The notes beneath the pieces were generated by a model. That model saw nothing but the letters and a program-made list of their open reading frames with translations. It was not told where the DNA came from and made no database searches. This document shows positions 48,851-61,430 of a stretch of DNA of 64,000 bases, one piece after another. Position 1 is the stretch's first letter. Each line of letters begins with the position of its first letter. A program made the position numbers and the translations under genes. This DNA comes from Podarcis vaucheri (taxonomy: Eukaryota): the NCBI GenBank assembly GCA_965113315.1, contig OZ220369.1. One strand, given 5' to 3'.

Positions 48851-50944
48851 TGTATGCTGCCCTGCACCCAAAGATTTCATGGCAGTTCACAGATTAAATG
48901 TTTTAAGATGAGAAAAGGTGATTAAAAAAATCCACAGACAGCAGTAAGACTGCAAGAGTATTTTATAAGGCGGAAGAACAAATTCCAAGTCATTCATTCT
49001 ATCATTTATCATCTCAACTGGTGTCATTGTAATAAGATGCACTGTAATAAAAGATTTCCAAGAACTTTCTAATTAACTTAATAGCTGCAAGAATCAAAGG
49101 GACTAGCATATGAAAGAACATACATTGCTGAATGGTTAAATGAAATATGGAAAGTGTTGCTTATTGTGAAATTGACATATCTGGTGAAATATAATGAAAG
49201 GGTAGAAGGAATATATAAAATAAGAAGTTATAAAATGAACTGGAACTTGCCGTTTCAAACACATATTTTAACCCAAATGTCCACCTCACTTTCTGAGTTT
49301 GATAGTAGGATTGAGGAACCTTTGGTTCACGTCCTATGTGAAATCATGTAGAAATGCAGCTGGATTGACTGCATGGGGAACTTGATCATGCAGGTAATCT
49401 CTACAAAAAGAAGGGTTGAAATCACAACCTATGAGCTGATAGGTGGTGAGTTCAAGTCTACTGGATTGGCTGCACAACCTAGTTCCCTGTGAGAAATTTG
49501 GATCACGCAGCCAATCCGTGCAAAAAGCAGGACTGAATATTAAGCCTGCTGGATTGGCTGTGCAACCTAGTTTTCAAAGAGGAACTCAATCGCCCAGCAG
49601 ATACCTGCAGAAAGGAGCTTTACTAACACTAGGCTTGGGGCTTGTAAACCAGAGAGCATAGGGCTCTGTAGTTTGCATTTGGACCACCTAACACCAGCTA
49701 ATAAAGAAGAAGGTGCACTGCAGATCAAAGTCTATAGACTATCTGCAACACAGTCCCACAGAAAATGCACCACAGAATCTAATCTGGAGGTCACTGAGGC
49801 ATGCATGACAGCGAAGAGCGCTATGACCATAAACTATACACAGAGCCAGCCTGTGCCTTTGTCTCTCCTGATCCTCTACTTAATTCAGCACCTGGTTTGC
49901 CACACCCACCCAAGCTTCAACAGCTGTCCTGACTCCATGCCCCCACCTATCTATCTCAACTACTAAGGCTGTGAGAGTAGCTGCTTCTATGAGGCTCACT
50001 GAAAGCACAACCCAAAATAGCAGCAAATGAAGTGATCACTCTATAAAGATGTCGCATCAAGCACCTGGGGAAGACTGAAGAATTTCAGCATTAATTTACA
50101 GTAAACATTTTATGTGCATCAGGATGCATTTTAATTAGAAGCAAAGCAAGTTTACAGGGTTCTGAATAAATAAAGCAAAAGGCTGCAGCAAATCAGATGC
50201 GAAACTAGATACAGAAAAGAAAATCTCTTTGAAGAACTTTATTTTTTGTTGTGTCTGATCTCAATAATGCTGACAAGACAGGTTGCTGCAATCAGGAGTC
50301 ATCCAACAGCAGACCGAAGAGTCAGAAGAAATACTGGCAAGGAAAGAAGCCCAACCAGTCCAAGATTGTGTAAGCCAGGCACCTGTGCCAGATCCCCAAA
50401 GAAAGCACAGCAGGCAGGAGAATGGGATGCTCCCAACACGTGAGAGGAAGGAAACTATCATTTGGAAGGCTTGTAAGACTCTGGCTGGCTGGCACCCAGA
50501 GACAGCAGAAATGGAAAGGCCTCACACCAGCCTCCTCACTTCCAGTGCTTGCTCATCTTGGCAGCCGTGTCCATTTTCACCAAGACATACGGCGTACTCT
50601 TAATCCCAGCAGCACCAGGGCCCAAGACAAGGGACTGTGTGTTTGCACTAATTTCCATAGGCTCAGGATGAGAACAACCACTGACCTTAGACAAGCAGTC
50701 TGAGTAGACACCACTACATCCAGAACAAGCCCGATTATTAGCAAAGCAGTTGGGCCAAGGGAAGTGGGGGGGATTTTCACAGTCAGGTTGAAATTTTGCT
50801 ACCTTTAAAAATATTTTAGTTTTTTTACAGTCACTAACTGCCCGTGTAGTGTGCCCCTTACCTAGCCTGCCCCACCTCCCACATCATACCTCCCCCTACC
50901 CTTATTTTCATTATAAGGGTTGTATACTAAGTGTATATTGACCT

Positions 50945-51325
50945 CTAAAACCAAAGATGTTTCAGGTGAATTTGAACTTTTAATCCCTGATTTATTATAT
51001 TGTGTAATTTAAGTGGAGGAATGCTATAAAATGCAGTTTTATTATAAATAATTTGCAAACCTGCCACTTTTTGATAATTTTCAAATAGTTGTTTTAAGTG
51101 GGGAGCTGCAGCTAATGGGTCAAACAGCATAATAACCATAATTTCCATAACCATAAATTAATTAGGTGTTCTTTCCCCTTTATTTTAAGACCTTTAATAA
51201 TGGCATTAACTATTATCACTGCTGCCAAAGGTCTCAAAGTGAGGACAAATAATAATAGGGCAGTGGGGCATGCCTTCTTAGTACCTCTAGATTTTTTAAA
51301 TGAATTTGAATTCATAGCCATTAAT
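50945..51325 (-). mobile_element. Degenerate L1-clade LINE reverse-transcriptase fragment
   Basis: Two frames give SRGTKKACPTALLLFVLTLRPLA...IKGLKIKGKEHLINL and DPLAAAPHLKQLFENYQKVAGLQI.YNKT, matching the L1 RT motifs RGTRQGCPLSPLLF...EPLA...IKG and SGLKIN..K; frameshifted. Confidence 0.75.
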
Positions 51326-51692
51326 TCTAACCTTAGGGTTAATTAATTCTAACCTTATAGGGTTGGTAAGAGGGTTTGATGGTATTAGTTATGTGTGGTG
51401 CTAGCTACAGGAGAAACCTATTTTCTATATAATCAAAGGCTTTAAAGGTACCTATAGCTACCTTTTCCATTGTTGAGAGGAAAAAGCTGCTCATGCTTCT
51501 GAGGCACAACAAACCTACATTGGTTTAAGACTCATGCAAGGGAATGCGGCTAATAGGTAATTATCAGCGTTTGTTCCAAATGACATTGCCCCACATTGCT
51601 TTAGAGAAGTCACTGAAGCTATAATTGTATAAAATAAATACATGTTTGCAGAATTGATAGGACTCAAATATTACTTCTATCCTTCTTGGGAG

Positions 51693-51695
<3 letters not shown>

Positions 51696-51731
<36 letters not shown>

Positions 51732-51790
51732 TCTGGGAGATCATAGAACTTTTACAAAATGTCTCTGTGTTAGGCACCCAGTGTGCATGC

Positions 51791-51827
<37 letters not shown>
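51696..51827. repeat. (GA)n (51696-51728) and (CA)n (51795-51827) microsatellites
   Basis: Directly visible. Confidence 0.9.
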
Positions 51828-51829
<2 letters not shown>

Positions 51830-54800
51830 TATGGCTGTTTGGGTGGGGCATGGAAAGTGAAGGAAGGGCCTCTGTATATCAGTCTTTAAGGAACAACAAT
51901 GGGAGAGGGCTATCATACGCATCTCCTGCTTGGCTTCTCTTAGAGTTCTGGTTGGCCACAATGGAAAATGAGGTGTAAATAATGTTTGGACTTGATTCAA
52001 CAGTGCTCCTCTTTATGTTCTTATGAGAGGAGACAGAGAGGCACATCAGTCTCAGATATAATTCCTCCTTGCTCCTGGGAAGAGTGATATATTATACACA
52101 ATGGACACTACTAGATCTGTAGGGCAAACTTAAAAGGGAAAAGCAATAGAAATAAATGGTCTGCTATTATTCTGTATTATGAAGGTTTGATATTCTGCAT
52201 TTTTCCACAGAGAAATCCAGGAATTAGTGACCCCGCCCAGTAAGATTCCCCTTGTATGGGATAGGTGGGAAACCAAACTGGAAATCAAATTACTACTTTT
52301 ACGATGGACAATGTGTGCCACTGGAAGCTATAAGAGAAACACCCTGACAAACTATTTATTGAAGCACATGAATATGGCAGGAAGGCCATCCCGCCAAATA
52401 ATCAGCACAGCTTTTTGCAACCATATATCAGCAGAGATGCCAGCATTAATCAATTAAATTAGTGCCGAGGCCAAGAATCACAATCAACAAATCAATCTGC
52501 AGCTTTCAAGGAACACTGAAAGGTATTGGAATAGGAGGCTGTAGCAAACTAGTGCAGACATCAGTGACTACCATCAGTGCTCCATGTTATCAGGTAGAAC
52601 TGCCAACTTATTAGCATTGTTAATCACCTGACCGTTTAACTGATTGAAAGTATATCTATATTAATAAAACCTCAATGAAACTGCCTTTGAGGGATCTTGA
52701 CAGAAGCAAACTATTTATTTTCATCAAACTCTGAGGGAAATGGGATACTCCCCACAACAGTTGCATACCAGAATCACAATGGTTTCGAGAACTAAACGAG
52801 GTCAAGAACTATCAGCATTATGAAATATTCAGGTTTAAAAGACACCTTGACATTTACAACAATCTTCAGTTGCCTTCAATGCTACCAAGAACATAAGCCT
52901 TTGTGATGCCACTCTAAAAGTGTCCCTCTTTGCTAGCTTTGGATACAAAGTGGAAGGAAAATCCATTAGATTACAAAGGGAGGGATGGGAGAGCAAGTTT
53001 GTGGGGCATCCATGGCTGAATGGCTTTTCACTGCTGTGAATTCAGTAATATTTGCTCATTGTTATTCCCAGTGATTAACAGGAAGTCAATTTTCAATCTG
53101 CAGTTAAAGTTTAGTCAATTAATTGTACTGATTAAATCAATTAAAGTAGGCAATCCTATTATATGGTGGCATCTAACATGCTATGTAGGGACAAAACAAG
53201 GGGACAGACACTCGCTACCTATTAAAACAATTCCCTTTCCCAGGGCTGTTGTGAGGATGAAAAACAGTTTGTGATGCAAGCTAGAAATACAGATAAAAAC
53301 GATAGCATTACTATGAAGGTGTATGACCAAAAATTCTTGTTTCCAATGCCAGTAGGAATGGAATTAATGCTTTGCTATGTATTATTTTAGTTTAGTTGCT
53401 TGAAGCATGCTTTAATTGTTAAAAAGTAATTATTTTTTATATGCCATAAAGATACAGACAATCTTTGACCTTTCTGTTAGGAAAACACAGCCAACCCAAT
53501 GTCAGATCACTCAACTATTTCCACACATACCAGTCAGACACATGTTGGTCCTATGCATCTTACTCAGTTTCCTCAAGGAGGGAAAAAGAATGTGACTAGT
53601 TAAGAAAAAGTGAACACACTTGCAGTGCCTTCTGTTCCTCCCTGCGTTTCCATGAAAGACAGATAAGTGATCCCACAGATCTCTCCTGAGTCCGTAATGG
53701 GGGCAGTGAAGAAATGCACAACCATAGCGTGCCATCCCTAAACTTGCCTGAAAGGTACAGTCTCTGACCTTGAAGCCTTTTGCCCCAATCCCAAATGTCC
53801 ACAGACAAAATGTGTTTACTCATTAGTGACCAAAGGCCCTCTGTGTATGCTCAGAGGCATTTTAACCTTTACAGCTTCACATGTTTCAGGACTGAGTTCT
53901 GGCATTGAAACTTGATTTTGGTGCTAAGCTCTGGAGAACTCTAGCCTAAGCCCCGCGCAGAACTAGGATGGGAAAAGATATAGGTAACTGCACAGTTCAA
54001 GAGTAATCCTATATTTTCTTCTGGTCGTATTGTACATTCCTCTTTGCCAGAATTTCAGACATACTGTGACATTAGCGGATTGTCATCCTTGCTGTATATG
54101 ATACATTTTTAATACTTAAGAGAGGAAACAGGAGAGAATATGGAACATAAGAGTTAGAGGTTCAAATGTACATGTGAAAATTCTATACACCCTATTTGTT
54201 TATTTCTCTCTCAATTGAGCTTCAGCATCTACCCCTAGAGCAGCCCTCCCAAACCATGATACATGCCAGATATTTTGGGTCACAACTCTCACAGCACCAG
54301 CTCTGCTGGAGTAGACAATATAGGTGAGGCAGATGTAAGTAAGTCCAAAACCTCTGGAGCACATCAAGTTACAGAAGTCTGCCCTAGAGTAATCCCAAAG
54401 GTAGAGAGGAACCAGAAAAAGGATGCTGTTCTGACTCACCGTGTAGACGGCAAGCTAAACAGCCACCATCAGTTAAATAGGCACCAGTCCCTTTAAAAAC
54501 GTATCAAATCAAATGCACTTACCCGGCTTTATCTGCTGCCAAAGATAACAAGACCACAAGGACAAAGTGAGGCCACGTGCTTTTCTCCAATGTAAGCCAA
54601 TGATTTGTTTTTCCAATGCTGTTAAAATGTAACTTTTCTCTGGAGGAAAGAGTAGGGACAAAAGTCTTCGTCCTCCAGCCTGGCAGTAGCACCTTTGTCT
54701 GCCAAGCCCTGGAGTTGCCTAATTGTTGGTGTCTGTTTTAGTCTCTCTTCCTCCGAAACCCTCCACTCATCTGTGGCATCTAGAATGGAATGCCAGAAAT

Positions 54801-55659
54801 GCAGCAGTGCTGGTTACTGAGTCGCTCCTGGCAGCAGCAGCAGCAGTGAGAAAAAGGGTGGAGGAGGCATGTAGTATGATCCAAAAGGCAACACTCACAT
54901 TGTGTTTGGTAGGAGGTGCCTTCCCCCGCAAGTTTCTCACTCAGGCAGGTCCCAGGTCATGACGTGGGATTCTAAGGCAGGCAGGCATCTGCAAGAAAAC
55001 AGAACAGGTATTTCAACGGAGGCACAGTTCCAAAATCCCAGAAGTTAGTAAACAAAGACAAGATGCACAGATGTCTCGGCTGCTCCAGAATTAAGTGCTA
55101 CTTTTTTGTATATTGCAAAAGATGCATTTTTAGCACTCAATACCTGCCACTAGACACTTTCGTACTTGCAAATGAGTAAGGCTGTTTCCCCACCTGAAAT
55201 ATGTAGCTAGCAACCTATGTTTCAGGGCGGGATGCTGGTTGCAGCCTTTGTTCACTCTGCGGTGTCTGACCACAAAGGTGCTTGAGATGTCACTCCGGTG
55301 AGCAAAGTCAGTGGTTGAACAGGAGGCTTAAAAAACATTCATCAGAACGGTAGCTCACTGCGCTCTGTGCCCATTCTGCCCACCTACTGGGACTGGTAGT
55401 AATAAGAAAGGGCAACTTAACAAGTTCAATTTAGAATACCAATCGTGCAGAGGCTTCCCTGGCGTTCTTTTCCATTTGCAATTCATTGGTGGCCCTAGGA
55501 TTGCTGATTCTCCCCTCTGCAGAATTACTCCATTGACTGGCACATTCGGGATCAGAAGCGCAAACCTGGGCTCTAGATGTGCCGATTCCCTGTGACAAGC
55601 ACAAGAGGAGGATCAGCTCCTGCCAGAAGGCACAGGCAGCCCTCTGTCTCCTTAAGCAG

Positions 55660-56760
55660 GGCAATTTTCGGGCCCGCTCCTGGGAGTTTGACTAAAGGAG
55701 GGAAAGGGCTGTCCTGCCAGCCTCCCAGCCTGACATTTACCGAGGCAGACGGAGATGTCGATGGAGACTTCCGAAAACAGGAGCCTGCTTCGACTCGGAG
55801 ACAGCTGAACCCCTCCTGGGTTTCGGGTCAAGCTCTCCCGCCGCCCTCCCTCTCACATTCCAACAGCAAGCCACGCCCCGAAATGGGCAACAAGGGTGCA
55901 GCTTATGAAGGTTTGCAGACTAGCTAATCGGGAGATGCCCGGTTCAGACGTGCCAAGAAGCCTGACCGACCGACCGCCGCGGTCACCAACGCCGGAGGAG
56001 AGCCAGCACCTCCCGAACGCGGGCGGCGCCCAGAGGCCCGGCGAGAAGCACCTCCCCAATTCCTTCGTTGTTGCTGCTGCTGCGGCGAATGCGCGCGGAA
56101 ACTCCTCCTCGGCGAGCCGCTTCAAACTGGCCACGGCGCTAGTCCCTGGCGTTGCGTCCGGCCCTGACGAGTCAGGAGCTTCGCCCTCGCCGAGAAGGAA
56201 AAGCTAACGCTCTCTTGAGCCGCCGCCCGCCTCGCTCGGAGCTCCGAGGCAGGCGTGGCCGGGGCTGACTCGCGTCTCGTCAGGATCCTTCGCGCGCACG
56301 TGGCCGCCCCTCCCACCCCCTCAGAAGACGTTGTCGTCGTTGGCCAGCCGAGAAACAGCGTCCCCGAGCGACCTCCCTCCTAGGCCCACCTTCACCCTGT
56401 CAGTTAGAAAAAGGAGGAGAAAAAGGCCCGGCCCGGGACAGGCGCCTCAGGGAGAGATTCCGATGGCAGAGGCATTGCTGTCTAGGCAGCCCATGCTACC
56501 GCGCGCGCGCGCTCCCGACAGAGCCAGAGCGGGAGCCGCCGCCGCCCCCTTCGCAAGGAACGAGCGCCTACTTGCCGCTGGTTGCCATGGCAACCCCGCC
56601 TGCTCCGGCCTTCCTGAGGAAGCGCCGGGGACGAGCACACGGACATGGGGTGGGGTGGTTTTTTTTGGAAAAGAAACCTGCAATTTCCCCCTGTGAGTGG
56701 GTTGGGCGCGGCTAAAGCCAGCCAAGGCAAGGGTACTTTGGTTCCCCCCGCGCCACCAGT
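55660..56760 (-). promoter_or_regulatory. CpG island; probable KIFC3 promoter / non-coding first exon, with palindromic RFX X-box at 56581-56594
   Basis: Dense CpG, (CG)n at 56500, GTTGCCATGGCAAC, and minus-strand donor candidates (tcg|gtaaat near 55740; agg|gtgaag near 56395). Confidence 0.7.
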
Positions 56761-57380
56761 AAATACTGTAACGGTATTCATTTGCCTCAGTGGGAGTGAG
56801 GAGCTCCCGCTGTTCTTTCCCCCACCCCAGGAGCGGTGCTTTTACCTTCCTGGGCAAATCCTGGCCTCTATTAGCCACCTTGGGAGTGTGGTGGAATGTT
56901 CGGAGGGACATGTTTATTGTATGATTTTATTTGTTTCATAAAAATGTTAATTGTAAAAAATGCAAAGCAAAATACCCAAAAGGATTAGCAAAAAGAATAA
57001 AGCAGTAAAATTATCAGTTTAAAACTGCTGTTTTATTCAAAGCTATAGCATTCAAAAGATAATTAAAAACAGTGATAAGCCCTTTCATCACCACCACCAC
57101 CACCATTATTTTATTTCTTAAGCACTCCCTCCTCCTGAGAGCCTAGGGCAGCTGGCAATAACAAAGCATTAAGAACAAAAGTAGATCCAGGGTGCTACCA
57201 GTAAGAAGGCTTCGTCCCACAGCTCCCAGCCAGGTCTCCCACCCCTGCAGTTAGCAAAACTTGGGTTGGCTGGTTGTGGGGAAGGCAGTCCTTGAAGGAA
57301 CGTGGCTTAGGCCTTATTTAGGGCTTGTACTGGCACCACCAGTCACTGGCAGCCAAAGCAGTGCTTTCAGGATTATTATA

Positions 57381-57533
57381 CAGTCAAGCCTCGGTTGTCA
57401 AACTTAAACCATTCTGGAAGCCCGTTTGGCTTCCAAAAAACGTTCAAAAACCGGAACGCACACTTCCAGGTTTTTGACATTCAGGAGCCAAAAAGTACAG
57501 TAACAAAGGTGTTCGGGAGCTGAGGTTTAACTG
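57381..57533. mobile_element. Degenerate Tc1/mariner-type MITE (CAGTC family)
   Basis: TA|CAGTCAAGCCTCGGTT...GCTGAGGTTTAACTG|TA. Confidence 0.6.
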
Positions 57534-57641
57534 TAATGTGATCCTAGTATTCTGCACTAATTGCAACTTCTGAAGTGTTTTCTGGGGAAGTCCAATGTAG
57601 AGCACATGGCAGTAATTCAGGCAGGAGTTTATCAGAGCATA

Positions 57642-57992
57642 AACTCATACCCTCCAATATTTCTCCAATGAAAATAGGGACGTCCCATTCCATAATTATC
57701 ATTTTACTGTTTATACCCTATACATCTTACTGGGTTGCCCCAGCCACTCTCAGCAGTTTTCAACATATATCAAAACATAATAAAACATTTTAAAAGTTTT
57801 AAAAACCTTCCCTATACAATATTTTCTTCAGACGGCTCAGAGGTTGGATAACTCCATACCCTCCAGCATTTCTCCAATGAAAATAGGGACATCCTAAAAA
57901 AGTGGGACATTCCAGGATGAAATCAGAAACTGGGATGGCTTATCTAAATCAGAAACATCCCTGGAAAATAGGGGCACATGGAGGGTCTGTAA
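57642..57992. repeat. Interspersed repeat with internal direct duplication (cataccctcca..atttctccaatgaaaatagggac twice)
   Basis: The unit occurs at about 57647 and about 57855, and the right end ggagggtctg is inverted relative to it. Confidence 0.5.
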
Positions 57993-58282
57993 ACTACTGT
58001 GGCCAAGTTATCACAGTACAAAAAGAGCTGTAGTCTTCCTCCCCAAGGAGAATGGTTTTCTTGAAGGTTAGGTACACCTTCAGAAAGTTAAGAGCTAGAC
58101 CTTGGCAAACAGCGTGAGCACAACCTTTCTTATCATTAGCTCACCTGATCTGAAGCCAGAGCAAAACTTCTGCTTTAACCTGTCTCCTGCCTGCCTGTTT
58201 TTAGAAATAGACTATAGACATTGCATGTATTTAGTTAATAATATCCTGCCTTTCGTGTGAATCCCAGAGTTGGTAATAATAA

Positions 58283-58533
58283 GAGTTGTACCTTGGTTTT
58301 CAAACAGCTTAGTTCATGAACAACTTGGAACTCAAACATTGCAAACCCGGAAGTAGGTGTTCCAGTTTATGAACTTTGCCTTGGAAGCCAAACGCCCAGC
58401 GCAACTTCTGCAGCTTGCGATTGGCTGCAGGACGCTCCTGCAGCCAATTGGAAGCCGCACCTTGGTTTCTGAACATTTCAGAAGTCGAACAGACTTCTGG
58501 AATGCATTCTGTTCGAAAACCAAGGTACGACCG
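58283..58533. mobile_element. Tc1/mariner-type MITE (CAGTCGTACC family, degenerate ends)
   Basis: gtaccttggttttc...gaaaaccaaggtac inverted ends; the internal gattggctgcagg motif is shared with the copy at 4421. Confidence 0.65.
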
Positions 58534-59053
58534 TTAAAAAAACCCAACAGTGATAAACAATAAAAGAAAGAAACATCTAACAAATCCAATGAAACAATCA
58601 GTTGTAACAGATAATCAACAGTACATTATAACCACATTATAGCTGCATAGGCATATAGCTACTCATAAGAGCCCAGGTAAAAAGGTGGACCTTAGATTGG
58701 CTCCAGAATGTCAAGTCAAGTTTATACCATTTGCACCTCCAAAATAAAAGTACCACCACAGAAAAGGCTATTGAAAACACATGGTCCATAACCATGATTT
58801 GCAAAGGTAGACAATCCTCAAAACAAAAATCAAGATATCCTTGTACCATGTCAGAAACCATTTCCTCAGATTGGGCCATGGCGTCTTCCATGCAGAGTGT
58901 GACACATAAGCAGAATCCTCATGTGAAAGATGGGTGCTACTTGTCTTATGTAAGCCACACTGTTTTGCAGATAATTGCCATACACGAATGCACAATTTGA
59001 ATTCTTACTATAGTCTTCACCAGCCCAGCTGGCTGGGACTCATAAAAGTTATA

Positions 59054-59599
59054 TATATATATATATTTTATAATGATATTTATTAGTTTGAAAATTATAG
59101 TAAGAGAAAAAAAAATAGAAAATTAAACATATACCTTACAATACATACAATAAAACTATACCTTACAATACATAAAAAAACAAAAAACAAAAAACAATAC
59201 AATAAAACAACGAAAAAACAGAACAAAAACATTTAAAAACACATCCAGCCTTTCCATGTCTTTACCTTTCATATTCTTGTTTCATAGACCTCCTCGCACC
59301 TCCCTTTTTTGTATTCCAGTTCAATTAGCTATTTCAGCAAGTCCTTTCCATCTTTCTCAATTTTCATTCTAAAATTTAACTTAAGACATTCTAACCTTAA
59401 ATTTTCCACTTTGGTCCATTAACAATCAATTTTTACTTAATTCTTTATAACATTTCTGCTAAAGCCATATAACTTCGTTCCAGCATCCTTCTAACATTCA
59501 TTAATTTTGCAATATTTCTATAAATATACTTTAATTTTTTTCCCAATCTTCTTCCACCGACTCTTCTCCCTGGTCTCGGATTTATCAGTCCCACAGAAT
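59054..59599 (-). mobile_element. 5'-truncated L1-clade LINE 3' end with about 21-bp TSD
   Basis: The minus strand carries a decayed ORF2-end-like stretch (approximately IRDQGEESVEEDW, frame-disrupted), a T-rich 3' UTR, AATAAA and an (AT)n tail. It is flanked by ctgggact(c/g)ataaaagttata at 59033-59053 and 59600-59620. Confidence 0.75.
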
Positions 59600-61205
59600 C
59601 TGGGACTGATAAAAGTTATAGTCCTAAATGGAGGGCACCGGGTTGGCGAAGGTTGCACTCAGATGGATATATTCGTATCAACACATGCATTTCATCTAGG
59701 AGAGTCTAAAAGCAAGGGCAGCAGCTTAATTCTGGGTAGGATTATGGATGCCTGATACACTCCCTCACTACTGGCTTTGCAATTAACAGTGACAGATGAG
59801 AATCACCACTGCACTGAAACCTGATTACCTGAGAAGGGCAGTAGAGTAGCATGTTGAGATGCTTAGATGGACTGATACTGTACAGGCCAGACTTCCCCTC
59901 CACCTCTTTCTAGTAGTAATGGGTCTGTTCAACAGAAAAGCTTTCTGTGTTACTGTGTTTGGATTTGGAGCAGTAGATTCCCTGCTTCACTGGCAGTTAT
60001 GGCGTAGTTTTACAAATATAGGTTAAACATTTGCCTGAGGCAGTAACTAGCTAATGCAGAAGGCACACTAAATATAGACATGTTTTGATTTCTGTCTCCA
60101 TTGCACTCTGCTGTGCAAATAAAATACGAACTGGCTTTCCTGAACTCAGAAGGTGTTCTCACCATCTGAAGGTTTTCGTTTTTGTTTTTCTAGAGACTTC
60201 AATAACATGAAACAGTCTTCATATGAGTCATCATTTCTTTTAAGAGTCTTCACCACTAAGGCATGTATCAGTTTCATTTTAAATGAACACAAAACCAACA
60301 TGAACTGGAGTGGACAATCCTCTACTGCCTTGACAGCATTTCCAAGAGACTCTCCAGCGATTAGCTACACAATTTCTTTTTTGTTGAAAGAAATGTATTG
60401 TCTTGAATGAAAAGAATCAACTACAAGAAGTTAGCAATTGAGGAATATCAACTAAATACAGACTAAAATAGATCAACAACAATTCAATATGGGGGGGGGA
60501 ATTAAGGTTCAAATAAGTGTTTAATTGAGTTCAATATATGATCATGATATAAGCACCTTAGTTATTTATTATTGCTATTTCCCTGTCAACATTTCACAGA
60601 TGATAAGAAAAGCATTATTCTTCATGGGTGAGCAGTAATGGCATGGTGGGGCCAACACAGTTCAGACAATTGAGACTCTTAACATGCTGCAAGCAGCAAA
60701 CAGGATCTTTGCAAGTGGGTGAATGCCATAGATTAGGAGGTAGGCAAACTCCAGGCTTACATGATCTACTGTACTTTACTTTGTACTAGAAGCTCAAGCT
60801 CCATGAACCAGAGCTGGATATAAAGTAGTGGCTAGAAGGGGGGCAGAGTCAAGCAGCATAGGGTTAAAGAAGAGACCATGCCTCTGAGCACATGATCAAT
60901 GCAATAATTTGATTTTTAGTACCATAACTCATGACTTGTTACACAAAATCCACTCCTGGTTTCCTCCCCACCCCCTCCATCCCAGCAGCTTAATTTAAAG
61001 AAGGAGGGAAGCATTTTTGTTGCTGCTAATTGTAAACTCAGATGATTTGCAGCAAATCAGCCCCAGATCAACCAATCTAGATCCCAATCTACCTTCAGCC
61101 TACCACTGCAATAGATTAAGTCCATGAAGACAGAAGGCAAAAGCAGTGAGGCAACTTCCAGACTACAATGTTTCAGATACATGTATGTGCTGGAACAATG
61201 AATTA

Positions 61206-61430
61206 CAGTGGTACCTTGGGTTACATACGCTTCAGGTTACATATGCTTCAGGTTACAGACTCCGCTAACCCAGAAATATTACTTCGGGTTAACAACTTTG
61301 CTTCAGGATAAGAACAGAAATCGTGCTCCGGCGGTGCGGCAGCTGCAGGAGGCTCCATTAGCTAAAGTGGTGCTTCATGTTAAGAACAGACCTCCAGAAC
61401 GAATTAAGTACTTAACCCAAGGTACCACTG
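61206..61430. mobile_element. Tc1/mariner-type MITE (CAGTGGTACC family)
   Basis: TA|CAGTGGTACCTTGGGTTA...TAACCCAAGGTACCACTG|TA. Confidence 0.85.
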
